Shown here: positions 10,125 through 19,931 of the stretch, one piece after another
Position numbering within the stretch: the stretch's first letter is position 1
How the letters are laid out: every line of letters starts with the position of its first letter
DNA from: Patescibacteria group bacterium
Lineage (GTDB): Bacteria; Patescibacteriota; Patescibacteriia; UBA1558; UBA10009
Assembly (NCBI GenBank): GCA_041662565.1
Contig: JBAZSE010000001.1
Span: 1,084-65,083, forward strand
Length of the DNA: 64,000 nucleotides
Reading direction: 5' to 3'
Translations under genes and position numbers: made by a program
The notes under the pieces: model-generated
What the model was told of the DNA's origin: nothing
Database searches by the model: none
What the model saw: only the letters and a program-made list of their open reading frames with translations

Positions 10125-10874
10125 ATGTCTAATGTAATTTCAGCTATATTTCCATTATCCGTTCTTTTTTTAATTGTTGTTTTTCTGATCGTAAATAAGT
10201 TCAAGAGAGTTTTTATTTTTGAATATGAAAAAGGTTTGAAATATTATAAAGGCAAATTTGTTCAGTTATTAGAGCCAGGAGTTTATTTACAAACAAAAAA
10301 TAGGCAAATTGAAAAAATTGATATAAGGAAAAATTTTGAAATCATCCCAGGTCAAGAAATTTTAACTTCAGATGGAGTTTCGGTTAAATTAACCTTAACC
10401 GCTTCGTATCAGGTAATTGATCCTAAAAAGGTTTTGATTGAGATCAGTAATTATCAAAGCGCATTTTATATCATGTTACAGTCAATTGTTAGAGTAATAA
10501 TAGGTAAAATTGATTTAGAGAGTTTGCTAAAAGAAAGAGATAATTTTATTCAGGAGATAGCTAAACAAGCCGAAGTTAAATCTTTAGAACTCGGCCTTAA
10601 AGTCAGCGATGTGGCGATTAGAGACATTATGCTGTCGGGAGAATTAAAGAAAGCAATTTCTCAAGTAGCCACAGCAAAGCAAGAAAGTTTAGCAAAGCTG
10701 GAAAGATCTAGGGGTGAATCGGCGGCTCTTAGGAATTTAGCTAATACCGCCAAAATGATTGAAGATAACCCTAATTTATTACAGTTAAGAATTTTAGATG
10801 CAATCAGTCAAAGTTCAGGTAATACTATTGTTTTTGGTTCACCGGAAGCAGTGCCTTTAGTTATAAAAAAATAA
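10125..10874 (+). CDS. SPFH/Band 7 (slipin/stomatin-like) membrane protein
   Basis: N-terminal TM; QEILTSDGVSVKL, IRDIML, ARGESAALR-like motif, NPNLLQLR. Confidence 0.9.
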   Translation: MSNVISAIFPLSVLFLIVVFLIVNKFKRVFIFEYEKGLKYYKGKFVQLLEPGVYLQTKNRQIEKIDIRKNFEIIPGQEILTSDGVSVKLTLTASYQVIDPKKVLIEISNYQSAFYIMLQSIVRVIIGKIDLESLLKERDNFIQEIAKQAEVKSLELGLKVSDVAIRDIMLSGELKKAISQVATAKQESLAKLERSRGESAALRNLANTAKMIEDNPNLLQLRILDAISQSSGNTIVFGSPEAVPLVIKK

Positions 10875-10888
10875 TCTAACAAAAAATT

Positions 10889-13288
10889 ATGATAAAACAC
10901 ATCAGGGTCTTGGTTATTTTAGCAACATTTGGACTGGCTTGGGGCATTGCCCATCAGGCCTCGGCGGCCTTTTTGGGCTATGATTTTTCTTATCAAGCCA
11001 TTGTAAAAATTTATACCTATTATCAGGATAGCAATTATAATTTGGTGGCGGCAAAAACCGGTTCAGGAGTTATTATCAGCGAAAAAGGATTGATTTTAAC
11101 CAATGAACATGTGGTTAGCATAAAAGATTCCATGGATAACGATGTGCCGGTAACTTTTAAAGTATGCTTTACCGAAAATTTCACCAAAGAACCAATTTGT
11201 TCATATTATGCGGATTTAATCGCCAAAGATGACAAAAAGGATATTGCATTATTGCAGATGAAAAATTTAAGTTTTTTAAATCCGTCAGATTTGAGTTATA
11301 TGCCTTTTGCGCCGGATTATTCTTTTAATGACAATGATTCCGTTGTTTCTTTGGGGTATCCTTCTTCCGGCGGCGAAACCATAACAGTTTCTAAGGGATC
11401 CGTTATTGGCACTCTTGAAAAATATAATTTATCATGGATAAAAACCGATGCCTTTGTTTCCTATGGCTCATCGGGCGGAGCTTTAATTGATACGCAAGGC
11501 AGATTTTTGGGCATTACCAGCGCCATTAATGGAGATGTTGGCTATGTTATTAATGTTTCTTCAATCAGGGATTGGGTTGGTCAAAACGGCGCTAAAAGTC
11601 CGCAAACTTCCAATTTAAAACAAAGAATGGTTGATTTAATAAATAGACAGAATAAGTTAAAAGATAATCTGGATTTTAATAATAATTTGCCAAAAATCCA
11701 ATTAATCAGGTCCGAAAATTGGAAATTTAACTTTGACAGCGAAAATATTATTACGGCATATAATAATGAAAACGTTGATGGCGGATACATTAGAGTTCGT
11801 TGGGAGCCAACCGAAATTTTGATTGATGATAATGCCTTGTCCTCGGTCATGAAATTTTTAGCCATCCAAAATAATTGTTTTTCTTCTGGCAATATGACTA
11901 TTTCCGGTAAGCAGGGCAGAAAAGTTATTTGCCCCATTGAAGGCAATCAAGAAATTCAACAAGTGATATTAGGCCTTAAAAATTATTTTGTCTTTGTGTC
12001 TTATTATTACGGCAAAGATAAGATTGATAAGCAACCCATTGATTTTGCTATCGGCAGGTTACTTTTATCCGAAGAAGGGTTGAATCATGTTGAAATTAAA
12101 AATTATGAACAACAAAATCCCTTTTTTAAAGTTAGCATGTCAAACGACTGGTCTTTAAAAATAAAAAATAGCACAGCTGAACCCTTAAGTGCCACTAAAA
12201 AAACCGATCCCAATCAGTCATTTGGGGTATATGTGGGCAAATTAACAGATGGCCAGATTAATATAACCAATCAGGAATATTTTGATTATATTAGAGATGG
12301 AGATGTGGTAAAGAATCAAATTGAGTCGGCAACTGGCTTAAAAGGAACAAGATATTTTGAATCAACAGATTATAAAGCTAATGATGAGCTGGCGCATGTC
12401 ATTTTTTACAAGTATAAGTTTAAAGATGAAGATGATGGCGATAAGATAAAGTATTATTCCGCTGGTTACAGAATCAGAAGTAATAATAAAGTGATTATTC
12501 TAGAATTTGATTTTATGGGTGAAAGTGAAGCCCAATTTGATCAATATTTAAAAGATTTTCAGGATAATGTTTTGGTTAATTTTACCTTGGGTTTGCCGGT
12601 TGAAAAAAAGGCGGAAACAGTAAAAATTGAATCTAAAATTGAGCCCAGCCAAGATACTTCAGTAAAAACTGAACCAAAAACCGATAAAATTTCTTCTACG
12701 CCAAAAAATATTGTTCAATCTGTTGCTTCCCAAGTTAAAACCATTAAAAATTTAGGCAAAAGGTTTATCGGTAAAATTTTACTGCGAGTGCAAAATAACG
12801 GCGAGGCCTGGTATTTAAGCCCCAAAACCAACCAAGCCCATTATTTGGCTAACGGGGAAGCGGCTTATCAATTAATGAGAGAGCAAGGCATGGGCATGTC
12901 TACTAAGGATTTAGCCAAGATTCCGGTTGGCTTAAGCCAGCTTTCAGGCGATGATGCCGATCAAGACGGCTTAACAGATGCTTTAGAAACTGCTATTGGA
13001 ACAGATAAGGATAAAGCCGATACTGATGGTGATGGTTTTAATGATAAGGATGAAATGCTAAAGGGTTATAATCCATCGCAAAAGGGTATGGCGCGCAGTA
13101 TTTATAATTTGGCTTTTGCCAATAAGTTTAAGGGCAAAATTTTGCTTCAGGTAGAATCGCGCGGCCAGGCCTGGTATGTTAATCCTAAAGACGGCAAACG
13201 TTACTTTTTGGGCACGGCCGATGATGCCTATCAGGTAATGAAACAACAAAGCATGGGTATAGCGGAAAAGGATTTTGTAAAATTGTAA
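10889..13288 (+). CDS. Secreted trypsin-like (S1) serine protease with TSP3-like Ca-binding and GKILLQVE..GEAWY repeats
   Basis: Signal peptide; TNEHVV, DIALL, GSSGG triad; DADQDGLTD..DTDGDG; duplicated GKILLxVxxxGxAWY domain. Confidence 0.88.
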   Translation: MIKHIRVLVILATFGLAWGIAHQASAAFLGYDFSYQAIVKIYTYYQDSNYNLVAAKTGSGVIISEKGLILTNEHVVSIKDSMDNDVPVTFKVCFTENFTKEPICSYYADLIAKDDKKDIALLQMKNLSFLNPSDLSYMPFAPDYSFNDNDSVVSLGYPSSGGETITVSKGSVIGTLEKYNLSWIKTDAFVSYGSSGGALIDTQGRFLGITSAINGDVGYVINVSSIRDWVGQNGAKSPQTSNLKQRMVDLINRQNKLKDNLDFNNNLPKIQLIRSENWKFNFDSENIITAYNNENVDGGYIRVRWEPTEILIDDNALSSVMKFLAIQNNCFSSGNMTISGKQGRKVICPIEGNQEIQQVILGLKNYFVFVSYYYGKDKIDKQPIDFAIGRLLLSEEGLNHVEIKNYEQQNPFFKVSMSNDWSLKIKNSTAEPLSATKKTDPNQSFGVYVGKLTDGQINITNQEYFDYIRDGDVVKNQIESATGLKGTRYFESTDYKANDELAHVIFYKYKFKDEDDGDKIKYYSAGYRIRSNNKVIILEFDFMGESEAQFDQYLKDFQDNVLVNFTLGLPVEKKAETVKIESKIEPSQDTSVKTEPKTDKISSTPKNIVQSVASQVKTIKNLGKRFIGKILLRVQNNGEAWYLSPKTNQAHYLANGEAAYQLMREQGMGMSTKDLAKIPVGLSQLSGDDADQDGLTDALETAIGTDKDKADTDGDGFNDKDEMLKGYNPSQKGMARSIYNLAFANKFKGKILLQVESRGQAWYVNPKDGKRYFLGTADDAYQVMKQQSMGIAEKDFVKL

Positions 13289-13328
13289 TTTCCAACTTGC
13301 CAAATTAAAGTAATTTAAGAATTTAAAA

Positions 13329-13359
13329 CCCGCATAAACCGATGACTATGCGGGGCAAG
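13329..13359 (+). repeat. REP-like hairpin+CAAG element inserted in a terminator
   Basis: CCCGCATA-loop-TATGCGGGGCAAG; removal restores AAAACAGGGTCAA...TTGGCTCTGTTTT stem. Confidence 0.6.
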
Positions 13360-13420
13360 CAGGGTCAATTGCCGGTTAATAACCGGTTTGGCTCTGTTTT
13401 TGTTAAAAAAATAAATCAAG

Positions 13421-13447
13421 TTTGAGGTCACAATTTGTGACCTCAAA
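13421..13447. promoter_or_regulatory. Perfect palindrome (13-bp arms) upstream of ORF6N gene; putative operator
   Basis: TTTGAGGTCACAA-T-TTGTGACCTCAAA. Confidence 0.7.
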
Positions 13448-13465
13448 TTACGTAAATATTAAATA

Positions 13466-13987
13466 ATGACTAAATTAATAAAGCAACATATCCCGGGTGA
13501 AAGGATTATTAATAGGATTTTTTTGATTCGTGGAAAAAAAGTTATGTTTGATCGTGATTTGGCCGAGCTTTATGGTGTGGAGACCAGATCTTTGAATCAA
13601 GCGGTGAGCAGAAATAAAGCGCGTTTTCCAGAAGATTTTATGTTTCAATTAGCAGATCAAGAAATGCAAAATTGGATATCACAAATTGTGATGTCCAATC
13701 GTGAAAAGATGGGTATAAGACGAAAACCTTATCTTTTCACTGAGCAAGGTGTAGCTATGCTTTCATCGGTTTTAAAAAGCCCAAGAGCCGTTCAAGTTAA
13801 CATTGCTATCATGAGAACCTTTGTAAAATTAAGAGAGATTTTATTAACCCATAAAGAATTAAGGGAAAAGATTGAAAAAATGGAAAAGAAATATGATGAA
13901 AAATTCAAATTAGTGTTTGAAGTAATTAAGAAATTAATTACTGAGGAAGAAAAGCCAAGTAATCCCATTGGTTTCAGGGTCAATTGA
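13466..13987 (+). CDS. ORF6N (KilA-N-related) DNA-binding protein
   Basis: IRGKKVMFDRDLAELYGVET..LNQAVSRN..RFPEDFMFQL; PYLFTEQGVAMLSSVL; terminal IGF. Confidence 0.92.
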   Translation: MTKLIKQHIPGERIINRIFLIRGKKVMFDRDLAELYGVETRSLNQAVSRNKARFPEDFMFQLADQEMQNWISQIVMSNREKMGIRRKPYLFTEQGVAMLSSVLKSPRAVQVNIAIMRTFVKLREILLTHKELREKIEKMEKKYDEKFKLVFEVIKKLITEEEKPSNPIGFRVN

Positions 13988-14005
13988 TCATTAACCAAAA
14001 ATCCC

Positions 14006-14947
14006 ATGCGAAAAGCGATTTGTCTTGAAGTTTTGCAACGCAAATACTTCAGGATCACTCTTTTGTTCGTTGTTTGTTTATTAATTCCCCGAGCAGTTGG
14101 CGCCTACAACACCAACCAGCGTTTTACCGGTAAACCCTTGGATCCGGTAAGTAATTTATATTATTTTAACCAGCGCCATTATAATGCCGAAATTGGCAAA
14201 TTTATTCAGCCGGATCCTTTAAGGAATTTTTTAGTTACGCCTGATTTAACCAAACGAACAGGGTTAAAATTGGAAGATGTTTTAAGCAACCCTCAAAGGT
14301 TAAATGAATACAGCTATTCTTTAAATAATCCGGTTAATGTTATTGACCCAACCGGAGAGTCGCCGGTGGTTTCCAAAAACAGGCAAGAGCGTTTTGATAA
14401 AATTAGCGATTATATAAGAAATAATGAAAATTATTGGCTAGTGAGAGATAGAGATGGTAATGCTAGCGCTTTGGATTTGATCTGGCAAAAATCATTGGAT
14501 CTTTCCAAAAATGATAAAGGTGTGGCAAATCTCAATCGGGCATTAGATACCTTTTTTGATGCCGTTAATATTAATTGGCGGGATGATAAAACTCTGGATA
14601 AAAGTCGGGAGGATTATTTAAGCCGTCTTAATAATTTACCTAATGCTTTAATTGGTGAATATGGGGGCAATTTATCCATGGTTGATAAGCTGCAGCATTT
14701 TGCCGGCGCGGCACGGCTAAGCCAAAAATTAGGCGGCAGAATAGCTATGATGTTGGGCCGTCTTAAAGAAATTCATGATGGCTTTAGAGCTTTGTTTAAC
14801 CACAGTCAGGGCGGTTATTTTCAGCTTAAACAAAGAGATGAGGGCTATAGCCGAGGCGATATGGCAGCTAATCAATTAGGCGTTTTTTGGCTAAATGAAT
14901 TTAAAACAGGCCAGATTGGCCCCAGTATTGTTATTAATAATTGGTAA
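14006..14947 (+). CDS. Mini-Rhs: signal peptide + Rhs-associated core + helical C-terminal domain
   Basis: Hydrophobic ITLLFVVCLLIPRAVGA then QRFTGKPLDPVSNLYYFNQRHY...DP...NPVNVIDPTG. Confidence 0.8.
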   Translation: MRKAICLEVLQRKYFRITLLFVVCLLIPRAVGAYNTNQRFTGKPLDPVSNLYYFNQRHYNAEIGKFIQPDPLRNFLVTPDLTKRTGLKLEDVLSNPQRLNEYSYSLNNPVNVIDPTGESPVVSKNRQERFDKISDYIRNNENYWLVRDRDGNASALDLIWQKSLDLSKNDKGVANLNRALDTFFDAVNINWRDDKTLDKSREDYLSRLNNLPNALIGEYGGNLSMVDKLQHFAGAARLSQKLGGRIAMMLGRLKEIHDGFRALFNHSQGGYFQLKQRDEGYSRGDMAANQLGVFWLNEFKTGQIGPSIVINNW

Positions 14948-14955
14948 TAAAAACT

Positions 14956-15417
14956 ATGAGCAAATATAAATTCCACGATCATCGTTCTTTAAAAAGGTCT
15001 CAGGCCAGGGTTAGGCCTTACCAGTCGTTGACGCCAATGATATCCCACGGTTTATTTTGGTTTGTTAATACAGCCAGTTCGGTTTTATTATTGCTGATTA
15101 TAATTGGTTTGGCCATTTGGACAGTTATGAACCATCAAGCCAAACAGGAAGATGTTGCGGTGCAAAAAGCCATAACCATAGTCAGAGAGAAAGTTCAATT
15201 TGAGTTAACCGATGTTTTGGTCGGCTGTACGCAACCAAATAGCAATACTGTTATTGTTTCGGTTAATCATGAAATATTTTTAGGAGTAACAGCGGAAAAA
15301 GTTTACATTCCTCGTTTAACCGATTGGTATAATGAGCAGGCCAAAAAATTGGCGCCAGAATTGCCAATTGAAGATCATGACGAGAATCTTTATTACTTAA
15401 TGGAGTATTGTCGATAA
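14956..15417 (+). CDS. Single-TM hypothetical protein (possible partner/immunity of mini-Rhs)
   Basis: ATG at 14956 just after mini-Rhs stop; one TM segment. Confidence 0.6.
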   Translation: MSKYKFHDHRSLKRSQARVRPYQSLTPMISHGLFWFVNTASSVLLLLIIIGLAIWTVMNHQAKQEDVAVQKAITIVREKVQFELTDVLVGCTQPNSNTVIVSVNHEIFLGVTAEKVYIPRLTDWYNEQAKKLAPELPIEDHDENLYYLMEYCR

Positions 15418-15438
15418 CTTGATTTAATCATTCCTAAT

Positions 15439-17934
15439 ATGAAAAAAATTCTTTATGGGTTTATAATTTTGATTTTAGTGTTGATTATTATTCTAATGGC
15501 TAAAAATTATCTGTTCATTATTACTCATGCCCAAGAACTGCCCCAAATAATTTTTACCGAAATTATGTATAATCCTCAAGGTACCGATACCGGACACGAG
15601 TGGGCGGAAATTTTAAACGTCAGCACTTCTACCTCTTATGTTATTGATGGCCAGTGGCGTTTTAGCGATGGCAGTAATCATTTATTAACGGTAACGCAGG
15701 GCAATAACACTTTAGGCACTGGCCAGCTGGCCGTGTTAGCTGATAATCCCAGCTTGTTTTTACAGGATCATCCTGACTATCAAGGTGTTTTAATTGATAC
15801 GGTAATGTCTTTAAATAACGCCGGCGATATTTTAATGTTATCGGTTGATTCCGGCCAGGTTTTGTTTGCCACCACTACCTATCAAGTTGATTGGGGCGCC
15901 AATGGCGATAGTTATACTTTAGAGAGATTGGATTTAACAAATGCTTGGCAATCATCATTAGTCATTGGCGGTACGCCGGGAGCTGTTAATTCCCATAATT
16001 CTCCGATAGAGTCAGAAAATATTGCCACAACCACGCCAGTTCAAGTGGAAGAAAATATTCAAGCGACTTCAACGCCTGCTGTTGAAGAAACTAATTTTGC
16101 CACTTCCAGTTTACAAGATTTTAGCGCGGCTACAACAACTGTTGATATAAATGAGAATATTTCAACAACCACTTCCGTTGATTTGAGCGAAGAAAATGTG
16201 GTCAATGAACAGCAAAATAATCTAGCCAACTCTGCCGATCAAATCATTATTAATGAAATATTACCTAATCCTAACGGCTCAGATACAAATGATGAATTTA
16301 TTGAATTATATAATCGCGGCAATCAGCCGGTTAATTTGGCAAATTGGAAATTGCAAGACAGTTCAACAAAACAATTTGCCATAACTTCCGCCAAATACCA
16401 ATCAACTATTATTCCAGCTTTCGGCTATTTTGTGGTTTATAGCAAAGAATCGGGCATTGCTCTTAATAATGACGGCGATCAAGTAAGATTATATCAATCA
16501 GATGGAATATTATTGGAAAGCATGGCCTATTTTGAAGAAGCTAAAAGCAATTGGGCTTACGCCAAAGACGGCGGAAGTTTTGTGTGGACGTTAGAACCGA
16601 CTCCGGGTAACAGTAACTCAATTAAAACCCAAGTAATTGCGCCTCAATCATCTTCCACGGTTGTTTATGTTAATCAGCCGACTAATCAGGTTCCCGGAAT
16701 TTTAAACACAGACGCAAACATCGCCATTGGGCTAGTAATTGATAAAGCAAAGTATCAGGGCTTAAGGATTAATGAATTTTTACCCAATCCTCAAGGTGCG
16801 GACGCGCTGGAATGGACGGAGTTATATAATGATTCAAATAATGACTTGGCTTTAGGCGGTTTTAAATTGGATGATGAAGAAGGCGGTAGCCGGCCTTATA
16901 TATTCCTCGCCAGCACAACCTTGGCCGCTAAGGATTATTTAGTAATCAATAAAGTTGTTTCTAAAATTTCTCTCAATAATGATGCGGACAGTGTTCGTTT
17001 ATCTTGGCCGGATAATCAAATTATGCAAGAAGTTAGTTATGAAAAATCCCAAGAAGGCCAATCATATAATTATAGTGAACTGGATGATGAATGGTTTTGG
17101 TCGGCCAGTATTACGCCGGGCGCTTTGAATTTTAAACCGGAAGTTAGCCAAGCCGAAGAAGTTAATAAAATAAACAATCAAATTGATATTGAAGAAAAAA
17201 ATTATGTTGAATTAAATGAGATTCAAAGTTTATCTAAAGGCGAGTTGGTTACAATTAAGGGTGTGGTTATTGCCGAACTTGGCCAGGTCTATAAAAAATC
17301 TTTTTATCTTGCCGTCTTTGATGAAGCGGATAAAAAAGTTTTTTCCGAACAAGCCGTGGAAATTTATTTGGGCAGTGCGCCCTTGCAACAAATTCATATC
17401 GGCGATGTTGTGGAATTGTCAGGAAAAATATCCATCACCAAGGATCGGGCGAGAATTAATTTAAGCAAAGATAGCCAAGTTTTGGTTTTAGATCATCTGA
17501 AGGATATTCAACCGAGTGTCATAAATATTCAGGATCTACAAGATGATTTGTTGGGTGCTTTAATCCAAATTAACGGACAATTGATAAAAAAACAATCAGG
17601 CAGGCTGATTGTAGCCGATGATAATGGTGAAATTAGAGTTGATGTAAAAGAGGGAGTTAAAGAAGCGGCAGTGAATTTTAAAGAAGGTGATTATGTTTCT
17701 ATAACTGGTATTTTAGTTTTAGGCACCGATGGTTATCGTCTGTTTCCTCGGACTGTTAATGATGTTGTAACATTTCAAGTTTTAGGCGCAAGTGAGACAA
17801 CGCCAACCATTACCCCGCAAATTATTCAAGCAACTTCGGCTAAAACAAACAAAATGCAATATTTATTTTTTAGCGGTAGCGGTTTGTTGGCCATTATCGG
17901 TAGTATTTTGGTTAAGTTAAAATTTTTTAGTTGA
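15439..17934 (+). CDS. Lamin-tail-domain (LTD) x3 + OB-fold surface protein with C-terminal TM
   Basis: Three I(I/F)(N/T)E(I/F)xxNPxGxD..E(W/F)xE repeats with TPG ends; C-terminal OB-like and TM segments. Confidence 0.85.
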   Translation: MKKILYGFIILILVLIIILMAKNYLFIITHAQELPQIIFTEIMYNPQGTDTGHEWAEILNVSTSTSYVIDGQWRFSDGSNHLLTVTQGNNTLGTGQLAVLADNPSLFLQDHPDYQGVLIDTVMSLNNAGDILMLSVDSGQVLFATTTYQVDWGANGDSYTLERLDLTNAWQSSLVIGGTPGAVNSHNSPIESENIATTTPVQVEENIQATSTPAVEETNFATSSLQDFSAATTTVDINENISTTTSVDLSEENVVNEQQNNLANSADQIIINEILPNPNGSDTNDEFIELYNRGNQPVNLANWKLQDSSTKQFAITSAKYQSTIIPAFGYFVVYSKESGIALNNDGDQVRLYQSDGILLESMAYFEEAKSNWAYAKDGGSFVWTLEPTPGNSNSIKTQVIAPQSSSTVVYVNQPTNQVPGILNTDANIAIGLVIDKAKYQGLRINEFLPNPQGADALEWTELYNDSNNDLALGGFKLDDEEGGSRPYIFLASTTLAAKDYLVINKVVSKISLNNDADSVRLSWPDNQIMQEVSYEKSQEGQSYNYSELDDEWFWSASITPGALNFKPEVSQAEEVNKINNQIDIEEKNYVELNEIQSLSKGELVTIKGVVIAELGQVYKKSFYLAVFDEADKKVFSEQAVEIYLGSAPLQQIHIGDVVELSGKISITKDRARINLSKDSQVLVLDHLKDIQPSVINIQDLQDDLLGALIQINGQLIKKQSGRLIVADDNGEIRVDVKEGVKEAAVNFKEGDYVSITGILVLGTDGYRLFPRTVNDVVTFQVLGASETTPTITPQIIQATSAKTNKMQYLFFSGSGLLAIIGSILVKLKFFS

Positions 17935-18099
17935 ATATCTCATTTAAAACCGAGATCCCTCGCCAGCTAAAGCTGTCTCGGGATACGGTTTATAGTATAT
18001 TTTTTATTTTTAGTATTTCTAAACCTATTGGTTTAGAAAATAAACCGTAATTAAATCACCCCCCGAGACCTATTTTAAGGGTTCCAGAGGGTGACTATA

Positions 18100-18165
18100 A
18101 AAAGGGATGGCACTTGCGCCCCAGGATCCTCGGCACGAGGATTATTGAAACTGAAGCACGTACCA
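18100..18165 (-). ncRNA. Candidate small RNA with its own sigma70 promoter
   Basis: Minus-strand TTGACA(18199-94)-17-TACTAT(18176-71); predicted transcript starts at a stem TGGTAC/GTGCCA enclosing GTGCTTCAG/CTGGGGCGC and ATCCTCG/CGAGGAT; no ORF. Confidence 0.45.
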
Positions 18166-18331
18166 AATGTATAGTAATTAATATCTTATCCACTGTCAAT
18201 CATCAAGTTGTGCACAAGTGAAGTAAACACTGCGCGTTACTTCACTTCAAGCGAATAAATTAAGATAAAACGGTTAAAACTTTTAAAAAAGGATTGACCT
18301 TTTTGTTAAATTTACATATATTTAAGCAAAT

Positions 18332-18417
18332 GCCGGGGTGGTGAAATGGTATACACGTCAGGTTTAGGACCTGATGGGAGTAATCCCGTGGAGGTTCAAG
18401 TCCTCTCCTCGGCACCA
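18332..18417 (+). tRNA. tRNA-Leu(TAG)
   Basis: Cloverleaf, TCAGG-TT TAG GA-CCTGA, long variable arm, encoded CCA. Confidence 0.97.
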
Positions 18418-18508
18418 TTCGACTCGTCGAGCTTAGCTCGACTCGCTCATGATCTACGCTCGTTGCACTCGCTTCGACCGATTACTTTGGCATGAGTCGA
18501 ATGGTGCC
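18411..18508. repeat. REP/MITE-like inverted repeat attached to tRNA-Leu 3' end
   Basis: GGCACCATTCGACTC...GAGTCGAATGGTGCC enclosing GTCGAGCTTAGCTCGAC. Confidence 0.65.
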
Positions 18509-18537
18509 TTGAGCAAAGCCGAAAGGCACAGCTTTTT

Positions 18538-19068
18538 ATGAAAATCATCATGGTCATGGTTAGCTCGGTTAACGGCAGGATTACCAAAGGAAATAATCCC
18601 GATGTTTATTCCTGGTCATCAAAAGAAGATAAGAATTTTTTCTTGCCCTTGGTTAAAAAACACAATTTGATTATCATGGGCTCTAAAACCTACGAAGCCG
18701 TTCGGCAGAATTTGGATCTTGACCAAAAAAAATTAAGAGTGGTGTTAACTAAAAATCCTAAAAAATATTTTGCTCATGCAATTGCCGGCAAACTGTAATT
18801 TACCAATCAAACACCCAAAACTTTGGCCAACCGTTTGCGCCAACAGGGGCATAAGAGTATGCTGTTGTTAGGCGGTGGCGTAATCAATTCAATTTTTTTA
18901 AAAAATAAATTGGTTGATGAATTACAGTTGGTAGTTGATCCGTTGATATTCGGCCAAGGCCGACTATTGATTGCCGAGGAAAATTTTAATTCAACTTTAA
19001 AATTGATTAGTCACAAAATTTTAAACAGCCAAGGAACTTTACTGCTAAAATATAAAATAAAAAAATAA
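18538..19068 (+). pseudogene. Dihydrofolate reductase/RibD C-terminal family gene interrupted by in-frame TAA (18796-98)
   Basis: Two same-frame ORFs: SSVNGRIT..IIMGSKTY and LLLGGG..LVDELQLVVDPLIFGQG; junction GKL*FTNQ. Confidence 0.85.
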
Positions 19069-19072
19069 AATT

Positions 19073-19858
19073 ATGCAACCCAAAGAATTTGCTATAGATA
19101 TTGCCCATCAGGCCGGAAAAATAATCCGGTCTAATTTTACTTTGGGCATGAAAAAACAATGGAAGGCCGATGGCACACCTTTAACCGAATCGGATACGGC
19201 TATTAATCAGCTGGTTGTTGAAGGAGTTAAAAAATATTTTCCTGATCATGGTTTGATTGCCGAAGAAGGCGGAAATTTTAATGAAACCGCCGAATATGTT
19301 TGGTTGTGCGATCCCATTGACGGCACCATTCCCTTTTCTCATGGCTTGCCCACCTGCGTCTTTTCTTTGGCTTTGGTTAAAAATGGCGAACCAATTTTAG
19401 GCGTAATTTATGATTCCTTTATTGATCGTTTGTTTTTTGCCGAAAAAAATAAAGGCACCACTATGAACAACCAAAAAGTCAAAGTTTCCGAGCATGCCAG
19501 CGTTAACCAGGGTTTGGTTGGATTAAACTCTTGGCCTTCGGCTATGTATGATTTTGTTACTTTATTTAAAACAATTTCCGATCAGGGGGCTAAAGTAATC
19601 AATTGCGGTTCTATTGTTTATCCGGGCATGCTGGTGGCGAGCGGCGATGTAATTGCTAATGTGTGGCCGGGCAGCACTCCTTGGGATATTGCCGCTTTAA
19701 AAGTTATTGTAGAGGAGGCCGGTGGCAAGGTCACTGATATTTTTGGCAACGAACAAAAATACAATGGCCCAATTAAAGGCGCTTTAATTACCAATGGTTT
19801 ATTACACGAGCCAATGCTGGCTTTATTGAAATCAGCTAATTTGATCGATAAAAGTTGA
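19073..19858 (+). CDS. Inositol monophosphatase family protein
   Basis: EE, WLCDPIDGT, WDIAA..VIVEEAGG motifs. Confidence 0.92.
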   Translation: MQPKEFAIDIAHQAGKIIRSNFTLGMKKQWKADGTPLTESDTAINQLVVEGVKKYFPDHGLIAEEGGNFNETAEYVWLCDPIDGTIPFSHGLPTCVFSLALVKNGEPILGVIYDSFIDRLFFAEKNKGTTMNNQKVKVSEHASVNQGLVGLNSWPSAMYDFVTLFKTISDQGAKVINCGSIVYPGMLVASGDVIANVWPGSTPWDIAALKVIVEEAGGKVTDIFGNEQKYNGPIKGALITNGLLHEPMLALLKSANLIDKS

Positions 19859-19902
19859 TTTTTTAACTTAGAAATCCTTTTAAAAGCGTTTAAAATTAGG
19901 AT

Positions 19903-19931
19903 TTGACAAGATATTTCAAATCATATATAAT
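19903..19931 (+). promoter_or_regulatory. Consensus sigma70 promoter of 23S-5S unit
   Basis: TTGACA-17-TATAAT. Confidence 0.85.
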
